Positions 30,021-38,989 of a stretch of 64,000 nt of DNA are shown in pieces (positions within the stretch are counted from its first letter, which is position 1; each line of letters starts with the position of its first letter). The DNA comes from Alphaproteobacteria bacterium (GTDB lineage: Bacteria; Pseudomonadota; Alphaproteobacteria; CAAHEQ01; UBA3637). A program made the position numbers and the translations under genes. The DNA lies in NCBI GenBank assembly GCA_017467335.1, contig JAFTSJ010000006.1, positions 9,847-73,846 on the forward strand, in the 5' to 3' direction. Below the pieces are notes generated by a model. The model did not search any database. It was given only the letters and a program-made list of their open reading frames with translations, and had not been told where the DNA came from.

Positions 30021-30467
30021 ATGAAAAAACAAATTCTTACAGTCGTTTTATCTTCAACACTTTTGTTATCCGGTTGTGCTAACTGGTGTGATGAATGTGC
30101 TGACGGTTCTTGCGAAGTTACATCACAGGTTGTTTTACCGTCATCTTCAGCTTTATTTGCTTTTGATTCTGCCACATTAACACCGGCAGCTGATCAAGCA
30201 TTAGCTCCGATTGTTGACAGATTACATGCCGAACCGACAGAAAAAGTACAAATTTCCGGTTATACAGACAGCACTGGTCCGGAAGCATACAACTTGAAGT
30301 TATCTCAACGCCGTGCTGATGCAGTTGCTGCTTATTTAGCCGCTAACGGTGTTTCGTATGACCGTATTTCAACAAGAGGTTTCGGTGAAGCTGATCCGGT
30401 TGATACAAATGCAACGGCAGAAGGTCGTCAACAAAATCGCCGTGCAGTTGTTACGACATACAAATAA
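30021..30467 (+). CDS. OmpA-family peptidoglycan-binding lipoprotein (Pal-like)
   Basis: Lipobox LLLSGC. OmpA_C motifs FAFDSATLTP…ISGYTDSTGPEAYNLKLSQRRADAV…NRRAVV. Confidence 0.8.
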   Translation: MKKQILTVVLSSTLLLSGCANWCDECADGSCEVTSQVVLPSSSALFAFDSATLTPAADQALAPIVDRLHAEPTEKVQISGYTDSTGPEAYNLKLSQRRADAVAAYLAANGVSYDRISTRGFGEADPVDTNATAEGRQQNRRAVVTTYK

Positions 30468-30482
30468 GAATATATCTTATAC

Positions 30483-30514
30483 AAAAAAACAGGACGAAAT
30501 GTCCTGTTTTTTTT
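30483..30514 (+). terminator. rho-independent terminator
   Basis: aaaaaaACAGGACgaaatGTCCTGTttttttt. Confidence 0.75.
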
Positions 30515-30652
30515 ATATCTGAAACAACAAAAGACATGTCATTTTCTTCATTTCACATAATAATAAAATTATATGCTTAAATTAAGTTGCTTAAATTAAG
30601 TCTTGACATACAATTAAATAAAATTTACAATGCCCCCAAAAGGGAGAAAAAC

Positions 30653-31318
30653 ATGAAGCAATTATTTTTTATCACATTATTCAGTTCTATTATTTTTTGG
30701 AATACATCTGTTTTATCAAATACTTACTCAGGGGATGACGTCAAGCCGTGTGCCAATGAATCATTATGTGATGCAAGTAATCAACCAATTACCGGTATTG
30801 TTAAATTTTATTATCCGAACGGAAATGTCAAAAAAATCGGATACTATAACAACGGAAAGCGAGAAGGACTGACAAAAACATATTACAAAAACGGTAAATT
30901 ACGCACAGAAGGATATATTAAAGACGGAAAAGAATTGCTAAAAGGATATTACAAAAACGGTAACATGCACGGTGAATGGCATTACAAAGACGGGCAACAA
31001 GAAGGATTAGCAAAAACATTTCATCTCAACGGAAAAATCGAAAGTGAGGTCGTTTACAAAAGCGGTAAACCGGACGGTATTGTCAGAACTTATTACGATA
31101 ATGGTAAACTGGAAAGTGAATCAATGTACCAAAACGGTCAACCAAACGGAATTGCTCGAACATATCTGAAAGATGGTAAACTAAAAATGGAAATTTTATT
31201 CAAAAACAGCATTGCCGTTGCCGGTTATGAATATCAAGACAACACAAAAACGAAAATGTCTCAAACACATTTGGATAACCATCAAAATGGTTTAAAGCAA
31301 ATCAAAACGATTATGTAA
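30653..31318 (+). CDS. MORN-variant (YwqK-type) repeat protein, secreted
   Basis: Start reassigned to MKQLFF… (AGGGAG RBS, signal peptide). At least 6 repeats of the form Y(Y/H)xNGxxxxEGxxKDGKxxG. Confidence 0.7.
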   Translation: MKQLFFITLFSSIIFWNTSVLSNTYSGDDVKPCANESLCDASNQPITGIVKFYYPNGNVKKIGYYNNGKREGLTKTYYKNGKLRTEGYIKDGKELLKGYYKNGNMHGEWHYKDGQQEGLAKTFHLNGKIESEVVYKSGKPDGIVRTYYDNGKLESESMYQNGQPNGIARTYLKDGKLKMEILFKNSIAVAGYEYQDNTKTKMSQTHLDNHQNGLKQIKTIM

Positions 31319-31339
31319 TACGTGATTCAATTTATTGAA

Positions 31340-31371
31340 ACAGCCATGAAAATTTCACGGCTGTTTTTTTA
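31340..31371 (+). terminator. rho-independent terminator
   Basis: ACAGCCatgaaaatttcacGGCTGT followed by a T7 run. Confidence 0.6.
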
Positions 31372-31440
31372 CACCTTGAAAGAAATGAGTTTTACTTTAC
31401 AATTTATGTATTTTATGATACAGTCGTGGCAGAGGTATCA

Positions 31441-33243
31441 ATGGCAAAATCAATGTACGAAATCATTAAAAGACAAAACGGTGAAGCATTTTCCCGTGCC
31501 ATTCGTGACTATGACAGTGGCATTTTTGATATTCCTAATTTACCCCATATCCTGAAACATGCGGGTCGTAATCCCCTTCCCTTACTTCGTTTTCTAACCA
31601 ATCTGAAAACAAAAGAAAAAAGCCTTCATGCTGACACACTCAATCCGTTTGAATTGTTGCAACGAGCCGGATATCGTGCTTTTTATGCTGATACGTTAGA
31701 AAAACAAAATTCAATTGCTCCCTATTTTGCCGATGGAGAAGAATTATGTACCTTTACCGATTCAAATCGTTTTAAAAAATATTATATTATTCATGCGATT
31801 AAAGAAGGGGCTAATACACTTAATCGTTCTGATTTTAACAACAAAGAAAAACGGGAAGATACATATGGTACATCTGTTATTTCCATTCAGATTTTAAAAA
31901 CCGGTGGTTTTATCAAAATTACCAATCGATACAACCATATTGTACCGGCATGTGATAATACATTTAATTCTAATCCGGACAATATTATCCCCGGTTTGTC
32001 TCGAGCCTTAAAAAATTATTTTGAAGTAGATTTTGCTGTCAGCAATATTCATATTCCGGATGGATTTTTATACATTAACAACGACTTATATAAATACGAA
32101 CATGAAGTAAACAACTGTTTCTTCGGTAATGGGTTTTATTTTAAGGATGGAATTATTCATCCGATTGATACAGATTGTCAAATAATTGTCGATGAATTTA
32201 TTATTGATTTAAAAAATAAAAAAATACTAAATCCGGCCAATAGTTCTTCTGTTTTATACCAAGTTCTTCAAAATGAAGCAATAGGGAATGTTTGGCAAAT
32301 CCAAAAACGTTGCAATCGACATGTTTTTTCTATTGATAATAAAGAAATCTTATCTTTTCAAAACGGTGTTTTGAAAACACTTTTTTTAAGAAGAACTGAT
32401 ACTGTTGATTCTTTTTTAACACGACATCCGCATATAGAAGAATTACATGGTTACTCATTATTAAAAATCGGTTCAAAAAGTTTATCGGGTTGTCCGCAAC
32501 TCAGATATGTTCACTTACCTCGTTGTGAACATCTGGAAGAAAATTGTTTAGAAAAAACATCTGCCGAAATTGAAGCCCCTTTATTAAAAAAACAGGGTAT
32601 TTATTTTATTTCCGGATTTGGAATTAACGTTGATAAAAAAGAATTGATTTCTCGAGGTATATTACCACCCAAATTGTATGATTTTTTAAAAAAACATATT
32701 CATACGATATCAAATCTTTGTGTTGTTACCACACAAACCAATCATTATATTTATGCAGATGATAAACTGTTTTTAAAATTTCACGATCAACAATTAGTTG
32801 ATATTCATTTTCCTGATCATATTGAATATATTGAATCCGGTGTACTTATGGATATACTTTATCTGCAAGAAGTATCGGGTATGGGTATCCGTCAAATTGA
32901 AAATGCCAATTTAATCAGATGTCCTCATCTTCAACGGATTGGTTTTCCTCATCTTCAACATTTAGGATTTCATTGTATTGTCAATTGTGATTTAATTGAA
33001 GAACTTTCTTTCCCTGAACTTCAAACTGTACCGACTTGCACATCTATTTGCAATAATAATCACTTAAGATATATCTATGCCCCGTTATTAACAAATATTC
33101 CGGATGTCAAATTATTACCGGCACTGGAACGATTTGATTGTAAAAAAGGATTTTATCTGCGTGAAAAACCGACATGGATTACCACACAATCCATCCCGCA
33201 TAAATTTGTTTTTGTTCCCCAAACAGAACATGATAACAGATAA
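31441..33243 (+). CDS. hypothetical protein with C-terminal leucine-rich repeats
   Basis: Start set at the ATG after GAGG. The C-terminal third holds irregular LRR-like units (…CPQLRYVHLPRCEHLEENCL…, …CPHLQRIGFPHLQHLGFHCIVNCDLIEELSFPELQTV…). The N-terminal 330 aa have no motif. Confidence 0.5.
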   Translation: MAKSMYEIIKRQNGEAFSRAIRDYDSGIFDIPNLPHILKHAGRNPLPLLRFLTNLKTKEKSLHADTLNPFELLQRAGYRAFYADTLEKQNSIAPYFADGEELCTFTDSNRFKKYYIIHAIKEGANTLNRSDFNNKEKREDTYGTSVISIQILKTGGFIKITNRYNHIVPACDNTFNSNPDNIIPGLSRALKNYFEVDFAVSNIHIPDGFLYINNDLYKYEHEVNNCFFGNGFYFKDGIIHPIDTDCQIIVDEFIIDLKNKKILNPANSSSVLYQVLQNEAIGNVWQIQKRCNRHVFSIDNKEILSFQNGVLKTLFLRRTDTVDSFLTRHPHIEELHGYSLLKIGSKSLSGCPQLRYVHLPRCEHLEENCLEKTSAEIEAPLLKKQGIYFISGFGINVDKKELISRGILPPKLYDFLKKHIHTISNLCVVTTQTNHYIYADDKLFLKFHDQQLVDIHFPDHIEYIESGVLMDILYLQEVSGMGIRQIENANLIRCPHLQRIGFPHLQHLGFHCIVNCDLIEELSFPELQTVPTCTSICNNNHLRYIYAPLLTNIPDVKLLPALERFDCKKGFYLREKPTWITTQSIPHKFVFVPQTEHDNR

Positions 33244-33257
33244 CACACCTCTACTGA

Positions 33258-34109
33258 TTATTTATTTTGCGTTCCTAAATAATACCATTCCGTTCCGATT
33301 TCAGCTGAACCATTCGGTAATAAAATATATCCATCCTGTGAAGCAGTTAACACCTCTCCATCATCATATTGGGCAATTTTTTGACCTTTTAAGATACGGT
33401 CTAAATGTTTATAATTCTGACATAAACGTCCGTTTTTTCTTTTAATAATAAATTCAGTTAAATAAATATTTGTTTTACAATGCGATATATGACTTATCCC
33501 ATCAATCATACCATATTGTTTCAATACATTTAACACGGCATTATAAGCAACATCTGTTGCTTTAGGTTCTTTATGGTATCCACATTCCAGCGTTACCCCT
33601 GATTTGTGACAATCATGAGCATATCGTTCTGTTGAATAATCTGTAATATCCGCATGACCACTATAAATTTGAGGCCAACCCAATAAAACATAGTCAACAT
33701 CTATTGCTTCAATCAGTTTCAAATTATCTGATGTCGGATAATCACAAAAAACGAAGGGAACATCTCCTTGACAATGTGTAGAATGCAAATCTAACAATAT
33801 ATCATTTTGTTCAATTAAAGATGATATTTCATTGGCTATCTTTTGTTCATATGTTATCGGATTATCATGATGTTTTATGACACGATTTAAATTTTCATCA
33901 ACTTGACGAACATCTTTTTGATAAGCAATTAAATTACAAATCGGCACAAAAGTCACACATCCTCGTTTTAAATTGATACGATAAGATTGAATATCATCAA
34001 TCACTTTAAAAAGAGCATTCGGACCAGCTGTTTCGTTGCCGTGAACAGCTCCTAAAATCAATATTTTTTTTCCTTGAACAACACCATCAAAAGTTATTTT
34101 TTCAATCAT
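33258..34109 (-). CDS. succinylglutamate desuccinylase/aspartoacylase (AstE/AspA, M14-like) family zinc hydrolase
   Basis: ILILGAVHGNETAG…NLNR…DLHST pattern. Start at MIEKITFDG…, which overlaps the stop of the upstream kinase gene as ATGA. Confidence 0.65.
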   Translation of the reverse strand: MIEKITFDGVVQGKKILILGAVHGNETAGPNALFKVIDDIQSYRINLKRGCVTFVPICNLIAYQKDVRQVDENLNRVIKHHDNPITYEQKIANEISSLIEQNDILLDLHSTHCQGDVPFVFCDYPTSDNLKLIEAIDVDYVLLGWPQIYSGHADITDYSTERYAHDCHKSGVTLECGYHKEPKATDVAYNAVLNVLKQYGMIDGISHISHCKTNIYLTEFIIKRKNGRLCQNYKHLDRILKGQKIAQYDDGEVLTASQDGYILLPNGSAEIGTEWYYLGTQNK

Positions 34110-35029
34110 TTTAAATACTCCGGTAAATAACTTAAATCGGTTTTTAATACACCGCAAGCAATTGTATGCCCTAATTGAACACATTCTGCAATTGATTTAT
34201 GTTGATGAAATGCCGTTAAAAATCCGGCAGCAAATCCATCCCCTGCCCCATTGGCATTTACAATCGTATCTAATGCCGGCAACGGATAAAAAGTCTGTTT
34301 ACTTTTTGAAAAAACAAAGGCACCTTTTTTACCACAGGTTTGAACACATAATGTGGTATCCAATATTTTATTATCAATAGACAATGCTTTCATTTCATAT
34401 TCATTTCCGAACAAAATATCAATATCAGGCAACAATTTTAAAATCAAATCTCGTTTATTTTCAACGCAATGAACATCTGATAACGTTAAATAATTTTTAA
34501 CCCCATATCTTTTAGAGCGATAAATAATATTTTCGATTAAATCAGGTCGTCTGTTAAGCATATATCCTTCCGTTAAAACAGAATACGTATTTTGCAAATA
34601 TCCGTCTTGCACATCATGCACTGTCAACAAATCAGAAGCACACCCTTTAGCACATTGTGTTCTGTCTTTATCGGCATGTACCATAACAACACTGCATCCT
34701 GTTTTATTTTTTTCTGTTTTTAATAAATAGGACCGAACACCATAATCTATTAAACTTTTTTCAAAAAACAAACCGTCTTCATCTTGACCTGTCATACCGA
34801 CAAAACCTGTTTTTTGCCCTAATAAAGCCATATTTCTAACCGTATTGGCGGCAGAACCACCTGCATAATATGAAATCATCGGTTTATTTCGCAAATAAGC
34901 GTGTTCTTCATCTGTAGCAACAAAAAATAATCCTTTAACCGGTAATATTTTGCACATAACGGTATCTGTTTCATCGAATGAAATAACTTTATCTACGATT
35001 GCATCACCAATAGCTAATATATCTAACAT
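34106..35029 (-). CDS. PfkB-family carbohydrate/nucleoside kinase (adenosine-kinase-like)
   Basis: GGSAANTV near the N-terminus and the NANGAGDGFAAGFL ATP-site motif near the C-terminus. Confidence 0.7.
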   Translation of the reverse strand: MLDILAIGDAIVDKVISFDETDTVMCKILPVKGLFFVATDEEHAYLRNKPMISYYAGGSAANTVRNMALLGQKTGFVGMTGQDEDGLFFEKSLIDYGVRSYLLKTEKNKTGCSVVMVHADKDRTQCAKGCASDLLTVHDVQDGYLQNTYSVLTEGYMLNRRPDLIENIIYRSKRYGVKNYLTLSDVHCVENKRDLILKLLPDIDILFGNEYEMKALSIDNKILDTTLCVQTCGKKGAFVFSKSKQTFYPLPALDTIVNANGAGDGFAAGFLTAFHQHKSIAECVQLGHTIACGVLKTDLSYLPEYLK

Positions 35030-35177
35030 CTCATTCCTTAATATTCATTACAAAAGGTATTATGAACAACATTTTATTAAAAGTCCAACAAAAATTGAAA
35101 AAACAACCTGTTATTTTCAATTGACATCTTAATAAAAAAAATACAATATACCTGTATGTATTATGTAAGGTAAAAAA

Positions 35178-36446
35178 ATGGGTATTTTAGGGATTATTTG
35201 TATTTTAGGATTGTGTTTTTTACTATCCAACAACAGAAAAAATATCAACTATCGCACAATTATAGTCGGATTGATTTTACAATTTTCAATTGCGTTTTTT
35301 GTCTTAAAAACACAAATCGGACAATCTGTTTTTAAAGCGTTAGGAACAGGTATTCAAAAAATTTTAAATTTTGCAACCGAAGGCGGAAATTTCGTCTTTG
35401 GTTTTTTAACGGATCGCCCGGAAAAATTAGTTGAAGTCTTCGGAAACGGGGCTGATTTTGTATTTGCATTAACACTTATTCCTGTTTTGATTTTTGTTAT
35501 GGTGTTAGTCAATATTCTGTATTATTGGGGCATCATGCAACGCCTTATTTTATGGTTAGGAAAAGGCATGTACAAACTAATGAATATAACAGGAGCAGAA
35601 GCTATGTCAAATATAGCCAGTGCTTTTATCGGTCAAGTTGAAGCACAAATGTTGATACAGCCTCATCTGAAGAAAATGAGTTTATCTCAATTATTGGCAT
35701 CAATGTCTGGTTCATTAGCCTGTATTTCAGGTGGCATTATGGCTGTTTATATCGGCATGGGCGTACCGGCAGAATATTTATTGGCAGCCAGTTTTATGGC
35801 AGCTCCGGGAGCGTTGGTTGTTTCTAAAATTATTCTTCCGGAAGAAAATAAAACCATTATTGATGAAAAACTGACATTACAACATGATACACGTTCTGTT
35901 AATTTGATTGATTCGATTGCTCAAGGGGCTACGGTTGGGTTAAAAGTATCATTAAATATTATTGCTATGCTTATCGGATTGATTGCCTTAATCGCTTTAT
36001 TTAATTATTGTTTGGGATTATTGGGAATATTTTTAGTACAGGTTGTCAATGTACCATCTCAAATCGGTGCATTAGATATTGCCCATCTGTCATTAAGCGG
36101 GTTACTGGGTATTTTATTTTCCGGTTTTGCATTTTTATTAGGTGTACCCTCACATGAAATTTTGACGGTCGGGTCATTGATGGGAGAAAAATTAGTTTTT
36201 AATGAATTTATTGCTTATCTGCATATGACCGATTTAGAAACACCTCTCTCTCCAAAATCTCTGATTATTGCATCATTTGCTCTATGTGGTTTTGCAAATT
36301 TTGGTTCAATAGCCATGCAGATTGGCGGAATTGGAGAATTAGAACCATCACGACGTTCAGATTTGGCAAAGTTGGGATACAAAGCATTGATTTGCGGTAC
36401 ATTAACATCATATATATCCGCTGCCATGGCAGGTTTACTCTTGTAG
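35178..36446 (+). CDS. nupC: NupC/CNT-family concentrative nucleoside transporter
   Basis: Collinear with E. coli NupC from memory (…FATEGGNFVFG…, …SNIASAFIGQVEA…, …GEKLVFNEFIAY…, …FALCGFANFGSIAMQIGG…). Confidence 0.85.
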   Translation: MGILGIICILGLCFLLSNNRKNINYRTIIVGLILQFSIAFFVLKTQIGQSVFKALGTGIQKILNFATEGGNFVFGFLTDRPEKLVEVFGNGADFVFALTLIPVLIFVMVLVNILYYWGIMQRLILWLGKGMYKLMNITGAEAMSNIASAFIGQVEAQMLIQPHLKKMSLSQLLASMSGSLACISGGIMAVYIGMGVPAEYLLAASFMAAPGALVVSKIILPEENKTIIDEKLTLQHDTRSVNLIDSIAQGATVGLKVSLNIIAMLIGLIALIALFNYCLGLLGIFLVQVVNVPSQIGALDIAHLSLSGLLGILFSGFAFLLGVPSHEILTVGSLMGEKLVFNEFIAYLHMTDLETPLSPKSLIIASFALCGFANFGSIAMQIGGIGELEPSRRSDLAKLGYKALICGTLTSYISAAMAGLLL

Positions 36447-36581
36447 AATCAAGATAAAAAAATTTATTTATCTAGACAAAACCAATAAAAAACATCGTGT
36501 TTTTATTCATTTATCCTGTATAAAAATATAAAATACATCTAAATAGACGTATTTTATATTTTCAAACAAATCAATACACTG

Positions 36582-36950
36582 CTAATAACAAAGAGCCTGA
36601 CTGTAAGTAGCGGTTCGTTCATGCTTGGCTGTCAAACCATAGAACCTGTTAATAATATAGGCTTTATTATCTTCAAATGCTATCGATAACCATACCGATT
36701 GATCTTTACCAATTGCTATATTAGAACACTTTTCTACCCAATTTTGGTTATTACAGGCTTGAGCCATAGTTGCTAATGGTCGTTCATTGGCTTTACACCA
36801 TGCAAACGCACTCCACCAGTTCATTGGTTTATCACTGAGGCAATAAACATGTTTGTTTTTACCTTCTATTTCCGTACTACCATCGCATTTGGCATATGCC
36901 ATGCTCGGTAATACCACTGTTAACGCCAATATCAATAATAATTTTTTCAT
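36582..36950 (-). CDS. secreted C-type-lectin-like domain protein (122 aa)
   Basis: Signal peptide present. Reads MNWWSAFAWCKANERPLATM (the WxxAxxxC…LAxI pattern of CTLDs), …VWLSIAF…, with paired cysteines and a terminal …ALCY. Confidence 0.4.
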   Translation of the reverse strand: MKKLLLILALTVVLPSMAYAKCDGSTEIEGKNKHVYCLSDKPMNWWSAFAWCKANERPLATMAQACNNQNWVEKCSNIAIGKDQSVWLSIAFEDNKAYIINRFYGLTAKHERTATYSQALCY

Positions 36951-36989
36951 TTTTTCCTCCGTTTGTTTTTTGGTTGTTTACATTTTGAT

Positions 36990-37489
36990 TTATTCCACTA
37001 TCGGACATTCTTCCAAATCACCTAAATTGTAATCCACGTCTAAACACACGCCCCAAAGCGGATTACTGCCCTTGTCATCTGCCCTATCGGTACACCCTTT
37101 CGATTTAAACGCTAAATAACAATATTGTTGCCCAACTGCATGAGCATTTGACACATCTCTTTATCAATGTTTTCAACTAAAACAAAGGTGTCTCCGTCTT
37201 CATCTTTTCCGGTTAACATGTTGTACCCGCATTTTGGGGTAAAATTAACGGGAATCCAGTTCATTTCCGTTGCTTCCGAATTGCCTTGGTTATTTGCCCA
37301 AGCCAGATGTGCTTCTTATACCAACAAGTTAGCCGTGTATTTTTTCATGGCATAGGCATAACCGTAAATGCCACCGATACTTAACACCCCGATAAGTGCC
37401 AAAACGCCTAAGATTTCCACCATACTGCGACCTGTTTCAGCTGTTTTTTGTTTAAAATATCCGTAAAAAAAAACGTTTAAAATTTCCAT
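36990..37489 (-). pseudogene. disrupted type IV pilin/pseudopilin-like gene
   Basis: My own minus-strand translation gives MEILNVFFYGYFKQKTAETG|RSMVEILGVLALIGVLSIGGIYGYAYAMKKYTANLLV*, a prepilin-type G/xxxxE5 site followed by a hydrophobic helix. An in-frame TAA sits at 37316-37318, and the same frame continues EAHLAWANNQ…GNNIVI*. A +1 shift near 37110 is then needed to reach …AFKSKGCTDRADDKGSNPLWGVCLDVDYNLGDLEECPIVE*. Confidence 0.6.
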
Positions 37490-37719
37490 AGAGCCCCATT
37501 TTAAAAATGAATAAAATCAGACGGTTATTTTTTAAAAATGTGTTGATTTTGCTGTCTTTTTATTTTTGCTGTTTGAAAAAAACTCAAACGGTTTTTCACA
37601 GAATAATTGATGTAATCATTTAACGATTCGATAAGGTCGTATTCCTTATTGCTTCAAAGAATAATAAGATACTTTTATCAAAAATCTAATAAAAAAGACG
37701 ATAACAAAAAATGTTTCCA

Positions 37720-37748
37720 TTGACAGATAACCAATTTTAAAATAATAT
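37720..37748 (+). promoter_or_regulatory. sigma70-like promoter of the GT2 gene
   Basis: TTGACA-17 nt-TAATAT. Confidence 0.45.
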
Positions 37749-37794
37749 GCCTTTGCTATTTGGGCTATAAATATATAAGTAAAGGATATTTGTT

Positions 37795-38925
37795 ATGAAA
37801 AATAAGATAATTTTATGGTCAATGCTAATCTTTGTTTACATATTGTTTTCTTTTACGTCTTATTATTTATGTCATTATGTACGGAAATTATCTCATAAAC
37901 CGACTATTTCTGTTATTATGAGTACTTATAACCGTACAGATAGCTATGGCGAAGATTTGTTATCCAGATCGGTCAATTCTATTTTAAGACAAACATATAA
38001 AGATTTTGAATTTATTATCATTAACGATGGGTCAGATGATAAAACAGCAGAAGTTTTAAAAAGGTTTGCCCAACAAGATAAACGTATTATTGTCTTAACC
38101 AATCCTCAAAACAAAGGATTACCATATAGTTTAAACAAAGGGTTAGACATTGCCAAAGGAAAATATATTGCCCGAATGGATGACGATGATTTTTCAGTAC
38201 CAAGTCGTTTTGATAAACAAGTTCGTTTTTTAGATGAAAATCCACATATTTCAGCAACGGGGTGTTCTTTAACATTTAATGGTAAAGACCCGCTTCTTTT
38301 TCCATCCGATCCGGATGAAGCCAAAGCCTATACATTTACGAAAGTCCCTGTTTTGCACCCATGTGCTATGTTTAGACGGGATTTTATTGAAAAACATAAT
38401 ATCAGATACGTAAATACATATCCTAATGCGGAAGATATGCCTTTTTGGTACGATTTTACAATCGTGCATAATGGTTTAATTTCTAATCTGCCGGATATGT
38501 TGTTATATAAAAAAGCGAATGCAAAGAAAGCAAAAAACTACGGCTCCATTCAAAATGAATCTGTTCGCCGTTATCAAAATGATGCTTTTAAAAAAATAAT
38601 TAAAGACAAACCATGTAATAATTTTTGTGAATGTTATAAATCACTTGCCAAAAGTGAAGAAATAAAGAAAATAATGGATGTTGAAAAATTAAAAACATAT
38701 ATGAATAAACATTTTTGTCCTTCCGGCAATACGATATTTGTCCACCACCCACAATGGGAAGATTACTTTGTTTTCGATAGCGAAAAACGAATACACCGTT
38801 TTTCAAGTAAAGATAAAGCAACCATTTTAGAAAAAACACCTAAACATATAAAAATTAAATGGGACAAATGGGGTACAGAAACATTTGTTAAAAACAAGGA
38901 TAATATTTACATATTCAAAAAATAA
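37795..38925 (+). CDS. family-2 glycosyltransferase, membrane-anchored, with extra C-terminal module
   Basis: ISVIMSTYNR…SILRQTYKDFEFIIINDGSDD…ARMDDDDF (DxD motif). N-terminal TM helix. The C-terminal roughly 70 aa are shared with the protein at 20124..22064. Confidence 0.8.
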   Translation: MKNKIILWSMLIFVYILFSFTSYYLCHYVRKLSHKPTISVIMSTYNRTDSYGEDLLSRSVNSILRQTYKDFEFIIINDGSDDKTAEVLKRFAQQDKRIIVLTNPQNKGLPYSLNKGLDIAKGKYIARMDDDDFSVPSRFDKQVRFLDENPHISATGCSLTFNGKDPLLFPSDPDEAKAYTFTKVPVLHPCAMFRRDFIEKHNIRYVNTYPNAEDMPFWYDFTIVHNGLISNLPDMLLYKKANAKKAKNYGSIQNESVRRYQNDAFKKIIKDKPCNNFCECYKSLAKSEEIKKIMDVEKLKTYMNKHFCPSGNTIFVHHPQWEDYFVFDSEKRIHRFSSKDKATILEKTPKHIKIKWDKWGTETFVKNKDNIYIFKK

Positions 38926-38989
38926 AAAAAATCACTGTTCAGGCGAATCGTTAATAATCTAAATATGCTCAAATGTTAAGTAAAACATA

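Noticed and set aside
31322-31555. 77 aa ORF overlapping the start of the LRR-protein gene; also 30587 as the start of the MORN gene and 27748 as the start of the amidase gene.
   Set aside because: The better-placed RBS-plus-ATG combinations (31441, 30653, 27760) make the upstream extensions and the overlapping ORF unnecessary.
37167-37355. Plus-strand 62 aa ORF.
   Set aside because: It is antisense to the pilin-like pseudogene, whose minus-strand translation has a clear prepilin signature.
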